A stretch of 64,000 nucleotides of DNA from a candidate division WOR-3 bacterium (GTDB lineage Bacteria; Hydrothermota; Tepidihabitantia; SM23-42; CAYGYG01). The translations under genes were made by a program, and so were the position numbers. The stretch lies in the NCBI GenBank assembly GCA_965648915.1, contig CBFGIV010000003.1:56905-120904 (forward strand). Direction: 5' to 3'. Below, piece by piece: positions 40,532-50,614 of the stretch; positions within the stretch are counted from its first letter, which is position 1, and each line of letters begins with the position of its first letter. The notes beneath the pieces are model-generated. The model did not search any database, was not told where the DNA came from, and saw only the letters and a program-made list of their open reading frames with translations.

Positions 40532-42102
40532 AAGTGTTATTGATTCGTCCGCCAATCTATTCTAAGAGTTTGAGGTATCCTGGAGGTCCGCGTTTTGGTC
40601 TACCAACAAGTCTGCTCTATCTGGCGGCAGTTCTGGAAAGAGAAAAAATAAAGGTCGCTATTTATGATGCTTTGATCGATTTTACCTGGGAAGAAATTAA
40701 AAGAGACGAAAATGGCAACTATATTATTGGGCCTGACTGGGACTCTTTCACTCAAAAAGTATTAAATTTTAATCCTGATATAGTCGGAATTACAAATCCA
40801 TTCTCAGATTTCGCCAATTATGCAATTAGGGCCGCCGCGGAAATAAAAATAGCAAATCCTAAAATAGTTGTAGTGATTGGCGGTCCGCACGCAACCAGCA
40901 GTCCTGAATACTTTTTATTGCAAGGTAATTCGGTTGACTATGTTGTAAGAGCCGAGGGTGAGATAACTTTCATCAAACTAATCCGAGCGCTCGAAACGGG
41001 AGCATCTGTAGAAAGTATATCGGGTATATCGTATCGGAAAGATAATCAAGTCCATTCCAATCCGCCGGCAACATTTATCGATAATTTAGATGATTTGCCG
41101 TTACCAGCGTATCAAAAGTATTTTGCACTTGTTAAAGCTGGTTTTCCATCTCGCTATGTGTTTGAATATCCGGGTAGTGAACGGGAGGTTTCGATTATAA
41201 CTTCGAGAGGATGCCCTCATAATTGTATATTTTGTGGCAACCATTTGCATATGGGAAGGCGATGGCGTTTTCACAGTGCATCCTATGTGCTAAAGCATAT
41301 GGAGTTACTAATCTCACATTACGGAGTTCGCCATTTTCATATCGAAGATGATAACATCGCTTTAAACATTTCACGTTTTGAACAGATCCTTGATGGTATT
41401 AAAGCAAAAGACTGGCATATCACCTGGGATACACCTAATGGTATTCGGGCTGATGGATTAACACCAGACTTATTGCATAAGATTAAAAATTCAGGCTGCC
41501 TGTATCTCATCATCGGCATTGAGTCGGGAAATCAATTTGTCCTGAACAATGTTATCAAGAAAAATCTACTACTTGAAGATGTGAACAAAACTGCAAAGAC
41601 TTGCAAAAAATTGCGTCTCGATCTTCATGGCTTTTATGTAATTGGTTTTCCGGGTGAGAGTCGGATAGAGATTGAAGATACCTTTCAATTTGCCAAGACT
41701 TTATTGTGGCATTATGATGTTGTACCCCATATCAGTCTGGCAAGGCCTTTACCCGGCACAAAATTATACGACATATGTAAAAACAAAGGGTATCTAACCG
41801 AACCCCTCCTTCCAGAAATTGACAAGAAATATCGGGGTGAAATTTTCCCGCGCGTTATGATACATACCGAATCGTTCTCGCCTAAGTTACTCGAGAAATG
41901 GGTTGCTAAATTTGATCGACAGGTTGTCCTTATCATATTGTTAAAAATACTTATATTTTTATTCAGCCGCCCCATTACCTTAATAAATATCTTCAAAAAG
42001 TTTCTCCGGGATAAAGAACAAGGGGTTTATTCTGCAGGCAAAAGAATTTTTTGGGGCGGCCTTCTTTTCAAATTCAACTACTTAAATAAAAATTTGCGAT
42101 AA
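40528..42102 (+). CDS. Cobalamin-dependent (class B) radical SAM protein
   Basis: B12-binding domain (LLYLAA.L, IGGPHAT, EGE); TSRGCPHNCIFC; GIESG; GFPGE; PLPGT. Confidence 0.92.
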   Translation: MKVLLIRPPIYSKSLRYPGGPRFGLPTSLLYLAAVLEREKIKVAIYDALIDFTWEEIKRDENGNYIIGPDWDSFTQKVLNFNPDIVGITNPFSDFANYAIRAAAEIKIANPKIVVVIGGPHATSSPEYFLLQGNSVDYVVRAEGEITFIKLIRALETGASVESISGISYRKDNQVHSNPPATFIDNLDDLPLPAYQKYFALVKAGFPSRYVFEYPGSEREVSIITSRGCPHNCIFCGNHLHMGRRWRFHSASYVLKHMELLISHYGVRHFHIEDDNIALNISRFEQILDGIKAKDWHITWDTPNGIRADGLTPDLLHKIKNSGCLYLIIGIESGNQFVLNNVIKKNLLLEDVNKTAKTCKKLRLDLHGFYVIGFPGESRIEIEDTFQFAKTLLWHYDVVPHISLARPLPGTKLYDICKNKGYLTEPLLPEIDKKYRGEIFPRVMIHTESFSPKLLEKWVAKFDRQVVLIILLKILIFLFSRPITLINIFKKFLRDKEQGVYSAGKRIFWGGLLFKFNYLNKNLR

Positions 42103-42151
42103 TATGAGCTAAACTTATCAGAAGATCTGGAATCTTATAAGACGAAAACTA

Positions 42152-43021
42152 TTATTTTATTTTTTCTTTAACTCTTGTCGCCAATTCCTCTGGTGTATCA
42201 CCAACAATTATTCCCGCTTCCTGAAACGCCCTGATCTTTTCTGGCGCTGTCCCCGAGCCCCCAGTAATAATCGCACCGGCGTGGCCCATTCTTTTATCTG
42301 CGGGTGCGGTCTTACCAGCAATAAAACCAAAGACCGGTTTTTTATAGTACTGCTTGATGTATAGTGCCGCATCCTCTTCATCCCTGCCACCTATTTCTCC
42401 GACAATCACCACTGCCTCGGTCTGGGGGTCATCAGCAAACATCCTGAGGCAGTCAAGGAAATTCGTCCCGATCACCGGATCACCGCCGATGCCCACACAG
42501 GTCGATTGACCGAGTCCAACATTAGTAATATGGTAGACTATCTCATAGGTCAGGGTTCCACTCCGAGAGACTACACCGATGTTACCCTTTTTAAAGATAT
42601 GCCCGGGGAGAATACCTACCTTACTTTCACCGGGCGAAATGAGTCCGGGTGAATTAGGACCGATCAGACGGGTCTTCTTATCCTTAATATAGCCTATCAA
42701 TTTTACCATCTCAAGGGTCGGCAGACCTTCGGCAATACAGACAATCAATTCTATCCCTGCATCGATTGCCTCATATACTGCATCGACCGCAAACTGAGCC
42801 GGTACAAATATAATCGAAGTATTAGCCGCGGTCTTCTCTCTTGCCTCGGCAACACTGTTGAAGACCGGTACACCTTCAACTATCTGTCCGCCCTTCCCCG
42901 GTGTTACACCGGCCACCACTTTTGTTCCGTAATCGATCATCTGTCTTGTATGAAACGAACCATCCCGTCCGGTTATACCCTGAACCAAAACCCTTGTATT
43001 CCTGTTTACCAGAATCGACAT
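42152..43021 (-). CDS. sucD: Succinyl-CoA synthetase alpha subunit
   Basis: [36 protein letters not shown]. Confidence 0.97.
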   Translation of the reverse strand: MSILVNRNTRVLVQGITGRDGSFHTRQMIDYGTKVVAGVTPGKGGQIVEGVPVFNSVAEAREKTAANTSIIFVPAQFAVDAVYEAIDAGIELIVCIAEGLPTLEMVKLIGYIKDKKTRLIGPNSPGLISPGESKVGILPGHIFKKGNIGVVSRSGTLTYEIVYHITNVGLGQSTCVGIGGDPVIGTNFLDCLRMFADDPQTEAVVIVGEIGGRDEEDAALYIKQYYKKPVFGFIAGKTAPADKRMGHAGAIITGGSGTAPEKIRAFQEAGIIVGDTPEELATRVKEKIK

Positions 43022-43029
43022 CTTACCTC

Positions 43030-44163
43030 CTACCGTTTTAACAATTCAATCGCCCGCCGGGCTCCCTCTAACATTGAACCGGCAAAAATCAACCCTGCAT
43101 CTTTAAGGATCTGCCTTGCCCGATCTTCGTTTGTCCCGGTAAGACGGGCAACGATCGGTTGCTCAATCTTTAACTCCTTTTTGGCTTCGAGGATACCTTG
43201 AGCAACATCATCACATCGGGTAATTCCACCAAAGATGTTAAAGAATATCACCCGCACATTCTTATCGCTCAAAAGAATCGAAAGGGCATCCTTGACTTTC
43301 TGAGGTGAAGAAGAACCACCGATATCGAGAAAATTTGCCGGCTCACCACCACAGTGCTTTACCAGATCCATCGTCGCCATTGCCAAACCCGCCCCATTGA
43401 CAACACAGCCGATATTACCACTCAACTGAACATATGATAGACCTGAATTCCTTGCCTTCATTTCGTTCTCATTTTCACTCTCAGGATCACGCAGGACTTC
43501 AAGCTCAGGGTGTCGCATCAGGCCATTGTCATCAAAATTAATCTTGGCATCAAGGGCAACGACTTTTTTATCTTTTGTTATAATCAGAGGATTTATTTCC
43601 GCCAGCGAGCAATCGAGCTCAACAAATAGTTTGAAGAGTTTCAGGGCGATGTCGGCACAGGTATTGATATGTTTTGGATCCTGATAGAGGAAGAAACCGA
43701 TTCGGCGTGCCTGATGGGGCAGGAGGCCGACCAGGGGATCGGCAAGAATTTTCATAATCGCTGAGGGATTCTGACGGGCAGTCTCTTCGATCTCAACCCC
43801 GCCTTCTTTTGATACCATCACCACAACCCGTTTTGAGGTTCGATCGACAATCATCCCTAAATAGGCCTCAGATTCGATATCAAGCGCCTGCGCAACTAAA
43901 ACCTTCTTCACCTTAAGCCCTTTTATCTCCATATTCAGGATATTCTGAACATGCTGTTTTAACTCTTCATCATTTTTTGCAATCTTAATTCCACCCGCCT
44001 TACCACGTCCACCAACCTGAACCTGAGCCTTCACGACAATCGGATAGCCGATGTCTCTTCCAATCTCAAGAGCTTCGGTCGGTGATGTAGCCAGTCTCCC
44101 TTCTGGTATCGGAATGCCATATTTTGCAAAAATCTCTTTTGCTTGATACTCATGAATTTTCAT
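43030..44163 (-). CDS. sucC: Succinyl-CoA synthetase beta subunit
   Basis: [38 protein letters not shown]. Confidence 0.97.
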   Translation of the reverse strand: MKIHEYQAKEIFAKYGIPIPEGRLATSPTEALEIGRDIGYPIVVKAQVQVGGRGKAGGIKIAKNDEELKQHVQNILNMEIKGLKVKKVLVAQALDIESEAYLGMIVDRTSKRVVVMVSKEGGVEIEETARQNPSAIMKILADPLVGLLPHQARRIGFFLYQDPKHINTCADIALKLFKLFVELDCSLAEINPLIITKDKKVVALDAKINFDDNGLMRHPELEVLRDPESENENEMKARNSGLSYVQLSGNIGCVVNGAGLAMATMDLVKHCGGEPANFLDIGGSSSPQKVKDALSILLSDKNVRVIFFNIFGGITRCDDVAQGILEAKKELKIEQPIVARLTGTNEDRARQILKDAGLIFAGSMLEGARRAIELLKR

Positions 44164-44256
44164 ATCTATCTCCTTTTTATAACTTTAAATTGAAAGAATC
44201 GAAGATAATAAAATCCATCTATAAACTATTATTCGTTTCGTTCATATCTGTTAAAA

Positions 44257-44472
44257 TTACTTCAAAAGTAGGGCAAGGGGTATTAAAACCAGATATCCAA
44301 TAATCAAAAGGATCGGCGCCAAAGTTATTGAGCCGCGACTCAAACTAATAAAGCCGATAATGATTGTGACGATTGCCGCAGTCAAAAGGATATAATTTTT
44401 AGGTCTGAATTGAATCTGCATCAGGGTTTCCTGCTTTTTTGATAAATCTTTTTTCTTCTCTTTCTTTGCCAT
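44257..44472 (-). CDS. Small membrane protein (DUF3098-like)
   Basis: F..KNY......IIIGF......TLAPILLIIGY.V.IP; SD GGAGG. Confidence 0.75.
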   Translation of the reverse strand: MAKKEKKKDLSKKQETLMQIQFRPKNYILLTAAIVTIIIGFISLSRGSITLAPILLIIGYLVLIPLALLLK

Positions 44473-44481
44473 ACTACCTCC

Positions 44482-46143
44482 TTAACGGGTTGAATCTCTT
44501 GGGACTTCAACAATCTTATTCTCTTTAATGGTAAAAATTTTTATAATCTCCTCGTCTTTTTTGAAAACCTTCTGGATTGTGTTGACAATGGTATTACGGC
44601 TGTACTCAGTGGCTAATGCTTTTTTCAAGCCGTACACTGCCTCAAGAAATTTTTTTTCAGCAAAACCAACTTTTTTGTTATGTTGTTTCTCATATCCCGC
44701 GATTATGTGATCGACTTCATCATTTTGGGGCGATTCCTGAACCGCAAAAATTGCTCCCTCAACATACTTCTCACCGAGCCGAACAATCTTCTCTTCGTTA
44801 AAGGCTCTGATCCCGAGAAGCCTTACTTTCTCCAACCCATAGTAGGCAAACTGGGGTGCAATCAAGATAATCTGATCACCGTCCCCGGGGAAAAATACTG
44901 CTTCGGGATTCGTTTTCTTAAGTGTTTCAATCTCTTTGCCAAAGGTTGTGGTATCGGTCCTGAAACCAACCCGGCCCACGATTTCGCCCTTTCGATTCCT
45001 AACCTCCTCTTCAAATGTCTGGGCCAGAATCTCGCCATTGCCGTCGTTCGGGAAAAAAATACCAAATTGTTTGAGCCCCATCTCTTCAACCGCATATCGG
45101 GCAATCGCCTTCGCCTCACTCGCCCCGCTGGTGTTGATTTGAATAATTGAAGGAGCAGTGTTTTCAAATCGTGGATCGGAAATAGTCGGTAATAATATCG
45201 GTGTCTTATAACCGCTGGCCATCCCGCAGATACCAAAAGCCTCAAGTGTAAATACCGGGCCAACAATCACATCGACCCGATAATCCTGACTGAGTTTTAA
45301 TCCAGCACGAAGGGCTTCGATCGGCTCTGACTTTGTGTCGAGGTACTTAATCGGAAAAGGATATTTATCTTGAACTATGTAATAGTCCAGGAGCCCCTTG
45401 ATCGCATTACCATATTGGGCGAATCGACCGCTCAGAGGCAAAAGGATTCCCATCGTCCTTGTTATCTTGCCGACCATTGATGAGGCAAGGAGTTCTTCAA
45501 CCTGCCTTTCATACTGACTGGTAGGGAATCTCATATTCAAAAGTTCAAGATCCCTTCTCCCCTGATCAATCTTGCCGGCCTTGATCTCCCTTTCACCAAG
45601 ATAAAAGAGAATATGTTCATCAAGCGGGCTGGTCATAGAAACACGGTGTAGTTTCTCCAGTTCATTTATCTTGAGTTCGGGTAAAATCATCAATACCTTT
45701 TCATTTGCTTTTTCCCGTTCAATCTTGTCTTTGGATAAATCGTATAATTTCACAAATACCACCGCCGCTTCATAATAGTTTTTTAATGCATAATTTGCCT
45801 CACCGAGAACAGCAAGTGATTTAACATAAAATGGCGAGTTAGGCAACTCACTATTTAATCGGTCACTATAACGGATCGCCTCGACATAATTCTCAAGCCG
45901 ATAATTACTGACCCCGAGTAAGTATAACGCATCATCATAATAGGTTGACTCTTGATACTTCTCGATCAGCGTTTCCAGATGGCGAATCGCCTCTTTATAC
46001 TCACCGGCATCAAAAAATTCTTTGGCCCGGGCCATCAGTTCGATCACCCGCTCTTCATTATAGGTAGACCCCTTTACCGATGGTTTAAATAAGAGACAGG
46101 CAAAAAAAGATAGGGGAAGAAGCAGAAGCCATTTTATCCTCAT
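44482..46143 (-). CDS. Lipoprotein with BamD-like TPRs and LppC/LpoA-like periplasmic-binding domain (putative PBP activator)
   Basis: Lipobox FFAC; TPRs; GILLPLSG.FA.YG, IVGP, IAPQFAYY. Confidence 0.8.
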   Translation of the reverse strand: MRIKWLLLLPLSFFACLLFKPSVKGSTYNEERVIELMARAKEFFDAGEYKEAIRHLETLIEKYQESTYYDDALYLLGVSNYRLENYVEAIRYSDRLNSELPNSPFYVKSLAVLGEANYALKNYYEAAVVFVKLYDLSKDKIEREKANEKVLMILPELKINELEKLHRVSMTSPLDEHILFYLGEREIKAGKIDQGRRDLELLNMRFPTSQYERQVEELLASSMVGKITRTMGILLPLSGRFAQYGNAIKGLLDYYIVQDKYPFPIKYLDTKSEPIEALRAGLKLSQDYRVDVIVGPVFTLEAFGICGMASGYKTPILLPTISDPRFENTAPSIIQINTSGASEAKAIARYAVEEMGLKQFGIFFPNDGNGEILAQTFEEEVRNRKGEIVGRVGFRTDTTTFGKEIETLKKTNPEAVFFPGDGDQIILIAPQFAYYGLEKVRLLGIRAFNEEKIVRLGEKYVEGAIFAVQESPQNDEVDHIIAGYEKQHNKKVGFAEKKFLEAVYGLKKALATEYSRNTIVNTIQKVFKKDEEIIKIFTIKENKIVEVPRDSTR

Positions 46144-46209
46144 AACCGGAATTTTATATTACCCATTTTTCCCTTGGTGTCAAGCAGAGTATTCTGGAGA
46201 TGTGAATGC

Positions 46210-46791
46210 TCAGGAGAGGGTCTTGAGAACCCTCTTACAGATTTCTTTCAAGGTTTCAAAGACACCAATTCCCTGGGTTGCGACCGCTTCAAAATAAGGA
46301 TAGATACCCTGGGGATTTAATACCTTCTGCAACTCGGCAATCGAGTTGATATTGGGTAGATCCCGTTTATTGTATTGAAGGACAAGTGGGATTCGATCCA
46401 GAGAAAGGTTATAACTCTGGAGATTATCAAGCATATTCTGAAAACTCTCGATATTCTCATCGTAGCGCTCGATCTGCGAATCACCAACAAAGACAATACC
46501 ATCAACACCCTTGAGAATCAATTTTCTTGAGGCATTGTAGAAGACCTGCCCCGGAACAGTATAGAGATGGAAACGGGTCTTGAATCCCTTTATTGTCCCG
46601 AGGTCTACCGGCAGAAAGTCGAAAAAGAGTGTTCGGTCAAGTTCGGTCGCCAGGCTGATCAATTTACCTTTAATCTCAGGATTGAGTTTTGTAAAGATAT
46701 ACTTGATATTGGTTGTCTTACCCCCTAACCCCGGTCCATAATAGACAATCTTGCAATTTATTTCGCGTGATGCGTAGTTGATCAGCGCCAT
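46210..46791 (-). CDS. mglA: MglA small GTPase
   Basis: INCKIVYYGPGLGGKTTN, RTLFFDFLP, LYTVPGQVFY, QYNKRDLP. Confidence 0.95.
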   Translation of the reverse strand: MALINYASREINCKIVYYGPGLGGKTTNIKYIFTKLNPEIKGKLISLATELDRTLFFDFLPVDLGTIKGFKTRFHLYTVPGQVFYNASRKLILKGVDGIVFVGDSQIERYDENIESFQNMLDNLQSYNLSLDRIPLVLQYNKRDLPNINSIAELQKVLNPQGIYPYFEAVATQGIGVFETLKEICKRVLKTLS

Positions 46792-46798
46792 TAATCAC

Positions 46799-47299
46799 CT
46801 AAAAGCCAAAAAGTTTATCCAGTTCTTCCTCAGCCGCCTTGGTGAAGTCAGAATCTATCTTTGAAGGCTTCTTAACTCCTCCTTTATCAATCTTCTTAAA
46901 GATTTCAGCAAACAGCCTTTCCAGCGCTTCGGCTGTTGCTTTGGTCTTGATCCGGACCAGACCGAGGGTTGTTCGATGATCAAAAATCACCGCCAAAATA
47001 ACCCGGTCGGCAATCAGTGATATATATATATTTTCCTTTTCTCCCTGGTGGAAGAGCGTCGCAAACTCGCGCTCCCCGATCAGGCTTGCCAGCTGGGCAG
47101 TGGCCGCAAAATCGGCGGCTGATAATGTAGCAAAGGAGGCAAGATCGATGCGGGATGTATCTCCGGTCGAAGTGATCAGTTGCCCCGCTTTATCAATTAA
47201 AAGAGCGGTCTTGGAATTCGTCGAGGCAATTAATTTATTCAAAACATCGGTAATTGCCCAGAACTCCTCTTCAAAGATATTCATTCCTTCTTGTGGCAT
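46799..47299 (-). CDS. mglB: MglB roadblock-domain GTPase-activating protein
   Basis: LLIDKAGQLI, LASLIGE.EF..LFHQGE, TTLGLVR; directly upstream of mglA. Confidence 0.92.
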   Translation of the reverse strand: MPQEGMNIFEEEFWAITDVLNKLIASTNSKTALLIDKAGQLITSTGDTSRIDLASFATLSAADFAATAQLASLIGEREFATLFHQGEKENIYISLIADRVILAVIFDHRTTLGLVRIKTKATAEALERLFAEIFKKIDKGGVKKPSKIDSDFTKAAEEELDKLFGF

Positions 47300-47359
47300 T
47301 CCTTATCTCGCTCTTAACTTTCTATTTTATTCGATAAAGGAGAATTGTAAAGAGAAAAA

Positions 47360-48280
47360 TTATTCCTGACTCAGTCTCAATAACCGTTCCCACTTACGGT
47401 CAAATTCTTGCTGAATACGATTAATCATCTCCTGATCATTGGCTTTAATGATATGGGCAAATCTATCCTGGATTTTCAAAAATTCAACCACAGACTTCTT
47501 CTCTTTCGGCTTAACCGTTATCCGGTATTTATAATTTTCATATTCATAGAGTGGCCAGAAACAAGTCTCAACTGCCAGGCGCGTAATCTCAATCGTCTTT
47601 TCGGGCGAAAAACCCCAGCCCAGCCGGCAGGGCGAAAGGATATTTATAAAACTCGGGCCATTGGTGGCCAGCGCCTTTCTTACCTTGGTTACCAAGTCAT
47701 TCCAGTAGCCAATTGTTGCCTGGGCTGCATAGGGAATATCATGGGCAATAACTATTTCAGTCAGGTCCTTACGGGGTTGTAGTTTACCGGGTATCTTTTT
47801 ACCTGCAACTGAAGTCGTCGTATGGGCGCCGGTCGGGGTTGCAGATGAACGCTGGATACCGGTATTCATATAGGCCTGATTGTCGTAACAGATGTAGAGC
47901 ATCCGATGGCGCCGTTCAATGGCACCGGATAAGGCCTGAAGCCCGATATCATATGTCCCACCATCCCCACCGATCGCAATGAAATCGATATCCTGTGTAA
48001 TCTCCCCCCGTTTCTTAAAAGCACGATAGGCAGCCTCAACCCCGCTGATCACTGCGGCAACATTTTCAAAGGCAACATGAATATAAGGGACTTTCCAGGC
48101 AGTATAAGGAAAGATAGTAGTAACAACTTCAGCACACCCGGTTGCCAAGCCAACAACAACCGGCCGCTCAGCCGCCAGCAGGACCTGTCGGAGAGCAACT
48201 GTTGCCCCGCAACCTGCACAGGCACGGTGCCCACCTGCAAGCAAATCTTCTTTCTTTACCAGTTCTCTCAAACTTGCCAT
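47360..48280 (-). CDS. porB: Pyruvate (2-oxoacid):ferredoxin oxidoreductase beta subunit
   Basis: GHRACAGCG, GGDGGTYDIG, YDNQAYMNTGIQRS. Confidence 0.95.
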   Translation of the reverse strand: MASLRELVKKEDLLAGGHRACAGCGATVALRQVLLAAERPVVVGLATGCAEVVTTIFPYTAWKVPYIHVAFENVAAVISGVEAAYRAFKKRGEITQDIDFIAIGGDGGTYDIGLQALSGAIERRHRMLYICYDNQAYMNTGIQRSSATPTGAHTTTSVAGKKIPGKLQPRKDLTEIVIAHDIPYAAQATIGYWNDLVTKVRKALATNGPSFINILSPCRLGWGFSPEKTIEITRLAVETCFWPLYEYENYKYRITVKPKEKKSVVEFLKIQDRFAHIIKANDQEMINRIQQEFDRKWERLLRLSQE

Positions 48281-48281
48281 A

Positions 48282-49451
48282 TTAACTCCTTACTCCATAA
48301 TACTGGATCGGTTTTTCAACTTTACCTTGAGCCTTTATCTTTAAGAGTTGATTAAAAATCTCTTTAATCTCTTCGATATCTATATCCCGGCCACCAAGTC
48401 CATAGACATAGTTTGCCAGGAGCGGCTTTTTCGTCTCATCGTAGAGAATCGAACGGGTCTCGATATACAATTGACCGCCATTGGTCGATACTGAATCCGA
48501 CCGGTCCATAATCCCCAGGGCCTTGACCTTAGTCACTGCCTTTTTAATCAATTCGATCGGGAAAGGCCTGAAGACCCGCACTTTTATCAGACCGACCTTT
48601 TTACCATCTTTGCGTAACTGGTCAACCGCAACCCTTGCGGTTCCTACCGTCGAACCCATTGCCATAATAGCGACTTCGGCATCATCACATCTGTATTCTT
48701 CAACAATCCCGTAGTTGCGTCTAAAGCGTCGGCCAAAATCTTTATCGACCTCCTCAATGATTGGTAAAACGTGATGCATCGCATCGATCTCAGACATCTT
48801 ATGCTCAAAATAGTAATCCTGGAGGTCAAGTCCACCAATAGTTATCGGGTGATTAACATCAAGCACCGAGTATTTAAATTTTCTTTTGCCAATAAAATCC
48901 TGGACTACTTTATCATCAATCATATCGATATTTTCCATTGCATGGCTGATGATAAAGCCATCAATTGTGACCATAACTGGCAGTAATGCCTTTTCGGCAA
49001 TCAGAACCGCTTGAATTACTGAATCATATGCTTCCTGAGTCCTTTCGGTCAAAATCTGGATCCAGCCCGAGTCGCGAGCCCCCATCGAATCTGAATGGTC
49101 GCAGTGGATATTGATCGGACTTGAAAGCGAGCGGTTCACCAGACAGAGAACAATGGGCAGACGCAAACCCGCTGCGATATAGAGAACTTCATACATCAAC
49201 GCCAGCCCCTGGGATGATGTCCCGGTCATTACCCGGGCACCGGTCGCAGATGCGCCGATACAGGCGCTCATCGCTGAATGTTCACTCTCGACCGCTACAT
49301 ATTCAGTATCGACCAGTCCATCGGCGACAAAGCCCGAGAATATCTGAACAATCTCAGTTGCCGGTGTGATCGGGTAGGCCGCAACAACATCAGGATTGAT
49401 CTGACGCATTGCTTCAGCCATCGCTTCATTGCCGGTTCGGGCGACTATCAT
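48282..49451 (-). CDS. porA: Pyruvate (2-oxoacid):ferredoxin oxidoreductase alpha subunit
   Basis: AAYPITP, VESEHSAMS, TSSQGL, INIHCDHSD. Confidence 0.95.
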   Translation of the reverse strand: MIVARTGNEAMAEAMRQINPDVVAAYPITPATEIVQIFSGFVADGLVDTEYVAVESEHSAMSACIGASATGARVMTGTSSQGLALMYEVLYIAAGLRLPIVLCLVNRSLSSPINIHCDHSDSMGARDSGWIQILTERTQEAYDSVIQAVLIAEKALLPVMVTIDGFIISHAMENIDMIDDKVVQDFIGKRKFKYSVLDVNHPITIGGLDLQDYYFEHKMSEIDAMHHVLPIIEEVDKDFGRRFRRNYGIVEEYRCDDAEVAIMAMGSTVGTARVAVDQLRKDGKKVGLIKVRVFRPFPIELIKKAVTKVKALGIMDRSDSVSTNGGQLYIETRSILYDETKKPLLANYVYGLGGRDIDIEEIKEIFNQLLKIKAQGKVEKPIQYYGVRS

Positions 49452-49735
49452 TTTACCTCCCTTTCCATTTTAATCGCACTTGCCTTGGGTGGGCACTCAT
49501 AGGCGCAGATACCACAACCTTTGCAGAAATCATAGTCAATCCCGGCAACTTTACCGTCTTTAATAATAATTGCTGAGTCCGGGCAATAGATCCAGCAGAT
49601 ATAACACTGAACACATTTTTCCTTATGCCACACCGGCCGTTCACTGCGCCAGTCACCGGTCTTAAACTCTCTTGATGTGCCACCTTCTGGAATAACACAC
49701 CCTATTTCGAGTTCTTGCCATTTCTTAAGTTTCAT
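49448..49735 (-). CDS. porD: Pyruvate:ferredoxin oxidoreductase delta subunit (2x[4Fe-4S])
   Basis: TGDWR, CVQCYICWIYCPD, CKGCGICAYECP. Confidence 0.95.
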   Translation of the reverse strand: MKLKKWQELEIGCVIPEGGTSREFKTGDWRSERPVWHKEKCVQCYICWIYCPDSAIIIKDGKVAGIDYDFCKGCGICAYECPPKASAIKMEREVK

Positions 49736-50310
49736 CCTACCTTGACCTCCTCATAAGCCTTCTTAATTGACCTGATATTACCTTCAACAATATTTGGCCG
49801 ATTGGGGAATTTCTTCTCTAACTTTTTCTGGACTGACTTCAGTGTCTCATCAAAATCTAAGAGTTTACTCACCTTGAGCAATGCACCAAGCATCGGTGTA
49901 TTGGGAATATCACGACCTAAGATCTCTTTCGAGATCTTGCTGGCATCAACAACATAAACTTTTTGACTCTTCTTCAAGTTTAATCTTTTCCGCAGGGTCT
50001 CTGGTGACTCTTGAGAATTAATCAGGATTATCCCATCATCCTTCAACCCCTGGGTTACTGGCACCGTATCAATAAGACTGGCATCAAGAACCAGAACAAC
50101 ATCGGGGTTCTTTACACCGCAGTGCTGCATAATCGGTTCATCAGAAAGACGATTAAAGGCCTGAACCGGAGCCCCCATCCTCTCTGGTCCATATTCTGGA
50201 AAACCTTGAATATGTTTACCAGTCTCCATTGCCGCATCGGTAAAGAGAAGGGCAGCGGTCTTCGCACCCTGTCCACCCCGGCCATGCCATCGTATCTCTA
50301 AGATAGCCAT
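49732..50310 (-). CDS. porC: Pyruvate:ferredoxin oxidoreductase gamma subunit
   Basis: EIRWHGRGGQGAKT, PEYGPERMGAP, PNTPMLGA. Confidence 0.95.
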   Translation of the reverse strand: MAILEIRWHGRGGQGAKTAALLFTDAAMETGKHIQGFPEYGPERMGAPVQAFNRLSDEPIMQHCGVKNPDVVLVLDASLIDTVPVTQGLKDDGIILINSQESPETLRKRLNLKKSQKVYVVDASKISKEILGRDIPNTPMLGALLKVSKLLDFDETLKSVQKKLEKKFPNRPNIVEGNIRSIKKAYEEVKVG

Positions 50311-50614
50311 TTTTCCTCCTGAGGATATATTTAGCGACTTAAAGTTTGATAAACCAAGAAAAACTTTTCAGTCATCAATTCAGAAGATAGGTCAGGAAAA
50401 TTACAAATTTATCTTAAAATAAAGATCTTAAACACTAAAAGACCATCTAAGCAGGATTAAAGTATTAAATAATCCGCTTCCCAATCTCTAAAGAGATCAG
50501 GAGAAATTATATTATCCATAAAAAGGAATCTGTCAAGTTGAATCGGGGACTAATCAAGGTTACTGAAATCAGTTGATAAAGTCAGTTTATCAAAAAAACA
50601 TTATCAAATGATTT

